Assembly: GCA_963666285.1 (NCBI GenBank)
Contig: OY762711.1
Reading direction: 5' to 3' (one strand)
Source of the DNA: Sedimentisphaerales bacterium
GTDB taxonomy: Bacteria; Planctomycetota; Phycisphaerae; Sedimentisphaerales; SM23-30
DNA: 64,000 nucleotides
The notes below the pieces were generated by a model. It was not told the origin of the DNA. It was given only the letters and a program-made list of their open reading frames with translations, and ran no database searches. This document shows positions 40,800-50,100 of this stretch, in pieces. The position numbers were made by a program, and so were the translations under genes. Each line of letters opens with the position of its first letter. Within the stretch, counting starts at the first letter, position 1.

Positions 40800-41945
40800 A
40801 TGCACGCTCCTTCAATATATATACATATTCCATTTTGCAGCAAAAAATGCAGATATTGTAACTTTTATTCGGCACCACCATACAATGACCATCAAATTGA
40901 TTCATTATTGAATGCCGAACTCAAGGAACTCCCTGAAAAACTGGAAGGTTTTGATGGATGTGAAATTCCCAGTATATACATCGGAGGAGGAACTCCTTCC
41001 CTGCTGCAGGAAGAACTTCCCAATTTCATAAAAAACATCCAGTCAACTTTCGACGAGCTTAACCTGAAATACGCTCATAGCGAATTTACTGTCGAAATCA
41101 ATCCCGGTGATGTAGACAGGGATTTTTTTGGCCGAATACGCTCACTTGGTGTCAACAGGTTAAGTATCGGAGCTCAATCATTTGACGACAAAGAATTGAA
41201 AATGCTTGGCCGCAGACATGACTCTGCTGACGTTTATACAGCTGTAACCGCGGCAAGAACCTGTGACTTTGAAAACATATCAATCGATCTGATCTTTGCT
41301 TTGCCATTCCAGACAATTGAAAAATGGAGAGAAAACATCAATAAGGCAATCGAGCTGGTACCTAACCATATCTCTGCATACAGCTTAACTTGGGAAGATG
41401 GCACAGAAATGACTATTGCCAGAAACACAGGTAAACTAACTGAAGCAACAGACCAGCTTGACCGGGAAATGTATTACACAGCAGTTGACCTTTTAAAACA
41501 GGACGGCATGAGCCAATATGAAATTTCAAATTTTTCTTTACCCGGCTTTGAATGCATTCATAATTTGCGATATTGGGATGATAAAGATTATATTGGCATC
41601 GGCCCTTCAGCAGGAAGCCATATAGGTAACACAAGATGGACTAACATAGCAAATACAAAAGAATATATAGGTAGAGTTAATGACAGGGACGATACTTATG
41701 AAGAAATTGATAGTTCAGATTTAATTACTCAAGCCAGGCAGGCTGCGGTTCTTGGACTAAGAAAATCTACCGGTATAGACATCCTGGAATTCAGAGAAAG
41801 ATTCAATATTAATATTGAAGAAATGTACATCACCAAAATTGAAAAACATATAACAAATAACCTCCTGGAGATATCAAAAGGACATATCAGACTCACCAGA
41901 AAAGGTCTTTCATATTGCGATTCGGTCGCAGAAGATTTTGTGTGA
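40800..41945 (+). CDS. hemW: Radical SAM heme chaperone HemW (HemN-like)
   Basis: YIHIPFCSKKCRYCNF, GGGTPS, YEISNF and the HNLRYW (HNxxYW) motif. Confidence 0.9.
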   Translation: MHAPSIYIHIPFCSKKCRYCNFYSAPPYNDHQIDSLLNAELKELPEKLEGFDGCEIPSIYIGGGTPSLLQEELPNFIKNIQSTFDELNLKYAHSEFTVEINPGDVDRDFFGRIRSLGVNRLSIGAQSFDDKELKMLGRRHDSADVYTAVTAARTCDFENISIDLIFALPFQTIEKWRENINKAIELVPNHISAYSLTWEDGTEMTIARNTGKLTEATDQLDREMYYTAVDLLKQDGMSQYEISNFSLPGFECIHNLRYWDDKDYIGIGPSAGSHIGNTRWTNIANTKEYIGRVNDRDDTYEEIDSSDLITQARQAAVLGLRKSTGIDILEFRERFNINIEEMYITKIEKHITNNLLEISKGHIRLTRKGLSYCDSVAEDFV

Positions 41946-41974
41946 TTTTCTCTATAACTTTAATCAGCTATAAG

Positions 41975-42005
41975 AAAAAGGGCTCCTCTGTTATAAGGAG
42001 CCCTC
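41975..42005. terminator. Terminator hairpin between hemW and the LamG gene
   Basis: AAAA-GGGCTCCT-CTGTTATA-AGGAGCCC. Confidence 0.6.
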
Positions 42006-42035
42006 GAAATCATAAGCAAGAATCAATGAGACCAT

Positions 42036-44180
42036 TTACTGCAGATACGGCCATTCACAATTTGCATCTGCAGGATTATTACAGCGGAGCCAGTCAGCGG
42101 CAACAGCTGCAAAATCATAGATATCTATATAACAGTCAGCCACACCTTCCGGACCACTAATATCAGAAGCAATACCAAGCCCGTCAGCAATTACTTCCGT
42201 ACAAGATGGAATATCAACCACAATAATAACATCATCGGCATCCGTAGATACCGTATCATCTGCTGTCAGACGTAAAGTATAATTACCTTCCACGTTAGGG
42301 AAAGTCACCATAGGATCTTCAATAGTAGTGTCATCAAAAACAACATCTGTTAATTCAACACCAGCCGGCACACTTACGACAGACCAGACCAGAGACGCAG
42401 CATAAGGTACGCCATCATCTACAACCAGGGTGCCATCCATTGGTACCGGTAAACCTTTCAAATTAACTACCTGATCTTCTCCGGCTGAAACAACAACAGC
42501 ACGATCACCTTCTGCCGCAAGAGCTTCAACTTCAAGAGCAGTCATTGGATAGTTAAATACTTTGATATCATCAATCAGCCCCTTCCATGGACGGTCTGCG
42601 TCACCACGGTTAGCTATCTGTATGGTTGGATAATCGTCACCTTTAGCAAATAAGCTGCCTTGTGCAACAGCGGCAGTAGCCGCCAATTGGCCATCAACAT
42701 AAATATATGCTTCAGAAGCAACACCATCATAAATACCAACAACATGGTGCCATGACCCATCGAAAGGATTAATATCCCTGGCAAACAGGTCGAGTCCAAC
42801 ATCATGACATACCAGGTTAAATGCTGTATCATTTACACCTAATCTCCAGCCATCCAGACCATTACCAACTATCATTGGAGCATAAATAGAAGTATCAGCA
42901 TTATTAACCCATGCCGCAACTGTCATACCTGTTGACAAGTCGTTAAAGTTTGGATCGTTGGCATTGTAAGCATTTGGAACTTCCCAATATTTATCACCCG
43001 TTGCCAGATCTACAGCATCCGAGGAAACAGGAATCATATTACCCGGAACCAGATTTGGATCCAGCTCTCCTGGACGATAGTAAGTTCCATTGAAACCATT
43101 GCCGGTTACATCCGGAAGCAAATCACCTGAGATACCATCAAAATTCCAATGAGCTATCATTGAGTTATCTGCATCATCACGAACATAAACTGTTGTTCTG
43201 TCTGATGATGTTGTTTCGCCATCGGTTACTGTAATTTCCAGAACATAAGTACCTTTAGCAAAAAATGTAACATCTGTATTTACACTTGCAACGTCTGCAA
43301 ACTGTACATTTGAAGGACCACTTATCGCTGCCCAGGTTACATTCAGTTCACTGTCAGGGTCATAAGCTGTTGCAGAAAGACTGACAGGCTCACCAACATT
43401 TGCTATTAAATCATTTCCACCACTAACAAACGGAGGACGATTAAATGTCGCACCTGACATCATATAAACTGCATTCAAAAACAGGGTTGTACCTGCATCT
43501 GTAAAGTTGTAGGCTCCGCGATTGCTGTCTCTAACATCTCCGGAAGCAAGAGCCATACGAGGGCCGGCGGCATAAACATCAACACCGGTAAAGAATTCCT
43601 GCCCGGTTTCCCAATATGCAATCCAGACATAAGGTTCGTTATCAAAATTGCGATGGGCGATCAGCTTACCGTTTCCAACACTTGAAGTTGGCAGTATTGT
43701 AGTATCATTTGCAGCCAATTGTACAACATTATCCTCACTAAGAGTAACACCATTGAAAAGTTTATCATACATTGGATCATCAGTAGACAATGTCACCTTT
43801 GTTGACGCACTTGTAGTAAATGTCGAAGTTGAATCTAACCAATGCCAGCGATTATCCCGCCAAAGCCAGGCGGTAAGATTTATCATTGGACTGGTAATAC
43901 TATTCCAAAGAGCAACTTCATTCGGACTGCTTGCGTAATCGCCACTGCCTGTATCACGACCGATAATAACCAGGTCATATGTATTGGCCAGGTCAACCTT
44001 TTCCAGGGTTAAATCAACTGCCTGATCAAGCCTGTCGACAACATAGCCTTCAGCCTCAAGCACATCAATATACCCCTGATCAAAAGCAGTTCCACTAGAA
44101 ACCCAAAGAATACTCTCAGCCCTCACTGTACCTGCAATGCAGAATAACATTGCCATCAATAAAAAAAGAATTCGCTTCAT
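42036..44180 (-). CDS. Secreted PKD/K319L-like plus LamG domain protein with dockerin-like tail
   Basis: Signal peptide; two Ig/PKD-like units (W..ISGP...F...GTYVL..TV.DG); LamG (DGSWHHVVG, YVDG, GLIDDIKVFN); C-terminal DCYIDIYDFAAVAADWL. Confidence 0.82.
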   Translation of the reverse strand: MKRILFLLMAMLFCIAGTVRAESILWVSSGTAFDQGYIDVLEAEGYVVDRLDQAVDLTLEKVDLANTYDLVIIGRDTGSGDYASSPNEVALWNSITSPMINLTAWLWRDNRWHWLDSTSTFTTSASTKVTLSTDDPMYDKLFNGVTLSEDNVVQLAANDTTILPTSSVGNGKLIAHRNFDNEPYVWIAYWETGQEFFTGVDVYAAGPRMALASGDVRDSNRGAYNFTDAGTTLFLNAVYMMSGATFNRPPFVSGGNDLIANVGEPVSLSATAYDPDSELNVTWAAISGPSNVQFADVASVNTDVTFFAKGTYVLEITVTDGETTSSDRTTVYVRDDADNSMIAHWNFDGISGDLLPDVTGNGFNGTYYRPGELDPNLVPGNMIPVSSDAVDLATGDKYWEVPNAYNANDPNFNDLSTGMTVAAWVNNADTSIYAPMIVGNGLDGWRLGVNDTAFNLVCHDVGLDLFARDINPFDGSWHHVVGIYDGVASEAYIYVDGQLAATAAVAQGSLFAKGDDYPTIQIANRGDADRPWKGLIDDIKVFNYPMTALEVEALAAEGDRAVVVSAGEDQVVNLKGLPVPMDGTLVVDDGVPYAASLVWSVVSVPAGVELTDVVFDDTTIEDPMVTFPNVEGNYTLRLTADDTVSTDADDVIIVVDIPSCTEVIADGLGIASDISGPEGVADCYIDIYDFAAVAADWLRCNNPADANCEWPYLQ

Positions 44181-44318
44181 CTCACTAAGCCTTTCTCAAA
44201 AAAAAGTTAATAATACCTCTGGTTAAAATACGGAAACATTCCTTTGCTTAACATATGATAATGCAGTATGCAAAAAATAAGACTTATCGCATAAACACAA
44301 ACAATGATTTCATTAGTG

Positions 44319-44346
44319 ATATGCGACTAAAAGTGAGAGTGTGCCA
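44319..44346 (-). promoter_or_regulatory. Putative ECF-sigma promoter upstream of the LamG/PKD gene
   Basis: Minus strand TGGCAC-N16-GCATAT; the same motif and spacing recur upstream of the ECF sigma gene. Confidence 0.65.
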
Positions 44347-44480
44347 CAATTATTATATTTTTACCACAATGTGAATATTAGACAACCAAAGTTCAGATAC
44401 AGTCAACTCCTGCACTTCATTTTATTCTCAGTTAACCACAACACTGTGCAGAACAATCGGCAACGTCCAATAACCATAAT

Positions 44481-46220
44481 TCAATAGTTGATACTATCTG
44501 CCTCTAAAGTAATAACAGGATCGACCAAATGCAGAAAATCATTTCCAACTGCCGGAAACTCATAATTTTCCGGCAATGACTCAATACCATCTGTCACGAT
44601 AAATGTCAGAAACCGGTCCCGGCCTGACAAATCTATATCAATATTAATAGTCCCGGTATCAACCTTAAGTGATTTAACCTGATATCGAACCTCTCCGTCA
44701 ACCAAGACCCAAAAATCAACACATGGTATCTGTTCAACATTATTTTTTGCTTCCGTAATTCCGCCATAAGCCTTAAAGCGGCCAAGCTTCATGCCGTGAA
44801 CAGAATTACGAATTGCTTCAAGATCGAAAGTTATTCCTCCATTGCTGTGAAGCACCATGATATTATTATCATTATACTCGACACCATTTTGAACAAAATC
44901 AGGAATAGTCTCGTGCCAATTGCCAATATCACCACGGTAAGCTACCGTTTCATGTGTATATATGCCACTTGTCTTCGGGCATAAAAAACGATAACCATCA
45001 GATGATATTTTCACATTACCACCTTCCTTATCAGGTACAAACACTCCATCTATATATCTCGAAAATGGTACAGAATGATACTCAGAATCCGAAGCTCTGC
45101 CATCCTGTTTAACTTTTGTGATATATGAACCTGTCTTATAATCAATGCCGCCAAACTCTTTAACATTACCAAAACCATCTCCACCGCTAATATAATCTGT
45201 AAGTTTCAAACTTTCACCTCTCCAGACTAAATTAGATCTTGAATCTATCCTTCTCACAAATTTTTGTGAATCGTAAGCAAGTTCACCTATTTCACCTTCT
45301 ACACCTGTTACTTTTCTTGCTGATCCTTCTTCCAAAGTTACAGCACTTAGCGATTCTTTGCTACCGGAACCTAACGCAACTTTCCCCTTAAGGACATACA
45401 GTTCGGAAACTTTGTTTGAATATGATTCAACACCAAACTCAGTGCCAAGGTCAACAATTGTAGAATTAGGCGTTTTAACCGTAAAACCTATCGCAGCTTT
45501 TGGAACATTCGCATAAATCCTGCCATGCTTCATCTCCAGCCTGCAATCATTTTTCACTATAAACTCTGTTGGTGCTTCAATTGTTACAAAGGTATTATTG
45601 TCAAATAATATTTCAGCAAATCCTTTGTTTAACCGGAACACATGGTTTTCACCAACAACGAACCGATATCCTCTTTCTAAATCTATATTTTCCCATTGTG
45701 CATCTAAAGTTGAAACAAGTGTAGCGGTTTCATACCCCGGCTTTGGTGAAAAGATTATCAAACTGAACACAATAACCACAGCCGCTGCCAAAGCATAGTA
45801 ATATAATTTAGACTGCTTTTTGATTTCCTGTTTTGATTGAGTTTCTTTGATCGTATCATTGGGTTCTGGCTGAAATTGCTTTGGCAATTCAACTTCTGGA
45901 ACAGTGCTTTCTCCCCTTGCCAGTTTCAACAAAACATTTATATCAAGTTCTTCATTGTTTTCATCTTTTTGGAAATTTGCAATATCAGCATGATCAAATT
46001 TAATATCATTTTCCTGGCTGCCAAACAAAATACCTGAATTATTATAGTCACTAAAAGCAGTGTATATAGTAAGCATTTTTAGAAAACACTCTCTAGCTTT
46101 TGAATTACATTTAAGCTGAGCTTCTAAATATTCAAACTGGTCATCAGAAACCTTGCCATCAAAAGTCAGCACGATCAACTGTACCATCTCATCTAAATAA
46201 TTGTTATGTTTATCTGTCAT
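44481..46220 (-). CDS. FecR-family anti-sigma factor with C-terminal NPCBM/NEW2 domain
   Basis: Single TM helix; GFTVKTP...VDLGTEFGV...VLKGKV (FecR); LHSNGGITFDL, VLVDG, RFLTFIVTDG. Confidence 0.88.
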   Translation of the reverse strand: MTDKHNNYLDEMVQLIVLTFDGKVSDDQFEYLEAQLKCNSKARECFLKMLTIYTAFSDYNNSGILFGSQENDIKFDHADIANFQKDENNEELDINVLLKLARGESTVPEVELPKQFQPEPNDTIKETQSKQEIKKQSKLYYYALAAAVVIVFSLIIFSPKPGYETATLVSTLDAQWENIDLERGYRFVVGENHVFRLNKGFAEILFDNNTFVTIEAPTEFIVKNDCRLEMKHGRIYANVPKAAIGFTVKTPNSTIVDLGTEFGVESYSNKVSELYVLKGKVALGSGSKESLSAVTLEEGSARKVTGVEGEIGELAYDSQKFVRRIDSRSNLVWRGESLKLTDYISGGDGFGNVKEFGGIDYKTGSYITKVKQDGRASDSEYHSVPFSRYIDGVFVPDKEGGNVKISSDGYRFLCPKTSGIYTHETVAYRGDIGNWHETIPDFVQNGVEYNDNNIMVLHSNGGITFDLEAIRNSVHGMKLGRFKAYGGITEAKNNVEQIPCVDFWVLVDGEVRYQVKSLKVDTGTINIDIDLSGRDRFLTFIVTDGIESLPENYEFPAVGNDFLHLVDPVITLEADSINY

Positions 46221-46229
46221 TACTCACCA

Positions 46230-46769
46230 TTAAATTTCCATCCCCATACATTGAAGCAAAGTTGAATGTATTTTTGCAATATTCCTGTAAAAGGTTCTCA
46301 GAGACATACCGAATCTTGTTGCAATCTTTTGAGCTGTTAAACTATCTTCATACTTAAGCTTAAGTAAATTTGAATCTTTTAAAGGAAGCTTTTTAATACA
46401 TTCTCTTAAAGTCTCAAGTTGAGAATCATATTGCTGCATTTGGCTACCGGCTTGATCATTTATTGCTTCTAATGTCTCATGTGAAAATTGAATAGGATTA
46501 TTCTTGTGTTTTCTTCTAAAACCGGAAATAACATATTTGGTAACAGTAAAAGCCCATGCTAAAAACTCGGTGCCGGGTTCATAAGTATCAAATTTCTGCC
46601 AGAGAATGGAAATAGCCTCCTGCATAATATCGTCAGCATCAGATTTATTAGGCCATCTACTCAAGATATATGCATAAATTCGCCCCTGAACAGGAGTTAA
46701 TAAATAAAGAAAATATTCAGGCCCTTTTTTGTCCTGAAACTTATCTTTATCTTGGCTGTTATCAAACAA
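46230..46769 (-). CDS. ECF sigma-70 factor (Planctomycete/Verrucomicrobia type)
   Basis: RIYAYI...DADDIMQE...LWQKFD.Y.PGT.FLAWA; C-terminal HTH (L..CIKKLP...LL.LKY). Confidence 0.92.
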   Translation of the reverse strand: MFDNSQDKDKFQDKKGPEYFLYLLTPVQGRIYAYILSRWPNKSDADDIMQEAISILWQKFDTYEPGTEFLAWAFTVTKYVISGFRRKHKNNPIQFSHETLEAINDQAGSQMQQYDSQLETLRECIKKLPLKDSNLLKLKYEDSLTAQKIATRFGMSLRTFYRNIAKIHSTLLQCMGMEI

Positions 46770-46953
46770 AACTAATCCTTTACGAATCGGAAGAAGTTAT
46801 AATATATTATATATTGCATAAAATGATTCGAATTTAGCAGATAAGCAAAAAATATTACTGCAATAATCAAATACATCTACTCCGCACCATGAAATTTCAG
46901 GACGGCAATGCGATGCACTTAAGCTTTCGTATCATTCTGGCATTTCATTATTT

Positions 46954-46981
46954 ATATGCTTGATCAATGCAAAATGTGCCA
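46954..46981 (-). promoter_or_regulatory. Putative autoregulatory ECF promoter
   Basis: Minus strand TGGCAC-N16-GCATAT, identical boxes and spacing to 44319-44346. Confidence 0.65.
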
Positions 46982-47113
46982 ATAAAAAAATAATGAATAA
47001 ATTCCCCAATAGAACGCTCTACAGCAACTAAAATATAAATAATTGCAAAAAAAAGACTTACCACCATTACCCTTAAGCCGCAAATACAATTATTTCATTA
47101 TCTATAATAAAAA

Positions 47114-50100
47114 TTATTTTATACTTAGCCACCCTTGAGCAAATTCAGTAAGATCATTAAAATCTATACCACCGCTGCGGTCGATATCGGCCCCATCACA
47201 CCTGAACCAGCTGGCTGAACAATCCGAATTAAGCCAGTTCGCAGCAAGATAACTCATATCTGCAATATCTACCTTGCAATCGCCATCAAAATCGACATTT
47301 GATCCACTGGTTGTAAATGACCAGACAGGTCCGGAGATATAATCACCACAATCATTACTGACATCTACTTTCCAGTAATATTGCATATCAGTCTCAAGAA
47401 CTCCAGGATCAAATATCTTAAACCTGTACCCTTCTGCGGCCAGGTTTACAGGTGGATTAACTGTATCCAGGTAGATATCATAGCTCAAATCAGAAATACC
47501 AAGCCTGACAGCATTGGCAATCAGCCTGGCATAATTATCATCATATGAATAAAAATCCCAACCCAGCAATATTGCCATACCGTGTCCCATATAGTTGGAA
47601 ACAGCAACAGGTTTGCCCTGATAACTAATCAGTATCTCATTTTCTGTTGAATCATAAGCTACAGTACCAATACTACTTACAAAGGATTGATCCATATTTT
47701 CTGTCAATAAATTATCCGAAGCCTTCTCAATTTCCATGCCACCAATAATTGCAGGCTGGTCGGCCAGAACCTGCATCATCCCAGCTGAGTTCATTAACTC
47801 ATAAGCACCCCAGAAATAATCACATGCGATTACTATTCCACCTCGCTCGACAAATTCATTAAGTATTTCTGACCAGCTTTCGCCAAGTGCAGAAGCTACA
47901 GAAACAATTGTATTTTGCTGCTCAGGTATAATGAATACCTGATTGGATTCTAATAACTGCCCAAGTAAGATCGGATCTTCCTCATCTGTCAGTGTTACGG
48001 AAAAATCTGTAAAATACTGTGCAACAGCATTTAATGTATTTTCAACCTCACCTCCAACAGTATTGTTGGCATACTTAACAAACATAAGTACGTTAACAGT
48101 AGCGTCCGGAATATCGATAAATGCCTTTGTTGGTAATGCACTAACAGTTGGTATGCCCTTCTCAGATTCGCAGGTAAGTTTTTTATCCAGAATACTTTGC
48201 TGCAACTCAACAGAACGAGTTTCACTATATGCCAGCGAAGATTTCGTTTCAACAACCGGAACATCCCACATCAGCGGCAGGTTAACCGGGCGGCACACGC
48301 TCTGATCTTCCGGCATAACCGGCTCAGGCTCCAGAATTTCTTCACAACTATGGATAAGAATATCAACTGTTGCTGTATTGGAGACCGTCATCATGTCAGA
48401 GGTGGAATTATAGCAATACCACTGGAATTGATCTGAAGATAGAGCATCTCGATCAGCAGAATACAGTAAGATATTGTCATTACCCAAACCATAAGGAACT
48501 GTATCTATCAAAGTCTGTCCAACATATAAATCACCATATTCAGGTAAAGATGAAATAATGTATTCATCTGCAAATTCAGCTTCCAGCAACACTGCCGCAG
48601 ACTGGCCGGCCCACACATCAATTGTGCTGTCAAGTGCGATCGGATTATTCGCTATACAAGATGAACTGCTGCTAAAGTCAGTTTCAACAAAGGATGATGG
48701 TATGCCCTGACCTTCAGAGAAACCGACACCAACCAACTCAGAATTGCCATCAACATCCAGCCAGTGAATTTTTATTACACCGTTAAAAAACAGTTCCGTT
48801 TGAAAAGTGTAATCGTTATTATCCCAGTCCCATACTTGATTAAAAGTAATAACAACCCTGTCATCCAACTGGTTGTAATAAACTTCGCCACCAAAATCCG
48901 GGTTAAGGTCAGCGTAGAACATGGAAATCCTGGGAACTGCGAAATGTTCAGAATAAGAAAAGGCCGGAACAGTACTACCACTTCCAAAAGTAATGTTACC
49001 ATTAGCACTTACATAAAAATATGAATAACCAGTTCCATAGTGTAATACCTGTTTACTATCACTAAGAACAATTTCCTGATAAATATCATCATTATTACCA
49101 GAGTAATTTAATATCCTGGTTCCCGCATTGGGGTCATTTGGCAGATCAGTCAGAGAATCAATACAAACGGAATAGCCTCCTTCAGAATCATCCGGAGTAA
49201 AAGTAGCACTCAAACCTGAAAGATCTGATTCACCTGCTAAAAACGATTCGGTAATATAATCTACGGGAGGGAGAACCTCTATTGTAATAGAAGCAATATT
49301 AGAGCTACTATCACCATCGTTAGCATACCAATTGAAATAATCAATACCTTCAACGTAATCATCTATTTGATAAGTTAAGATGTTATTAAAACCTAACGAA
49401 TATGGTACAGTAGTAATTTCTACTTCACCATCGTAGAGTTTACCAATAACCGGCAATTCTGTGATAACATATTCCAGCTCCTGCGGAGTACCATCATCAT
49501 AAGCACTTAGAATAATACTTTGTGACATTACCTGGTTAACAGTTAAATAGATATCAAGAGCAATAGGAGCAATTGGACCTACCTGCTGACATTGCTGATA
49601 TCTATTCAAGTTACTTTCCAGAAATACTTCAGGAATTACACCATTGGACAGTCCAACCAGCCCATCACCAGCTTCTATATTTATCCAGGTTATCTTTATA
49701 ACCCCACTAAAAAACAGCAGCAGCTGAAAACTGTTTACATTGCCAGTCTGGCTACCACTGCTATTTAATTCACCGATATCTTCATATGTTACTACCAGCT
49801 TTTCATCATCAATTAAATAGCTGATTCTAGTAACACCTGATATTGGACAGAGATCATCAAAAAATGCCGAAATTCTTGGCATATTAAAATGTGAGGAAAC
49901 AGATTCAGTAAACTCGGTATCAGCAACAAATGTCAGGTAACCATTTGATCCTACATAAATTGCATTATACAGCTGCCCAAAAAACGGGAAATTATGATCA
50001 TTCAACAATATCTCACGGGCATCATCGTCATTAAGAGATATCTCAGTAGAACCGGATGGATCAACTTCAAAATCAACTGTATCCCGGACACAGGCCAGAT

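Noticed and set aside
40800..41945. Coproporphyrinogen dehydrogenase HemN
   Set aside because: The short N-terminus and HNxxYW motif point to HemW instead.
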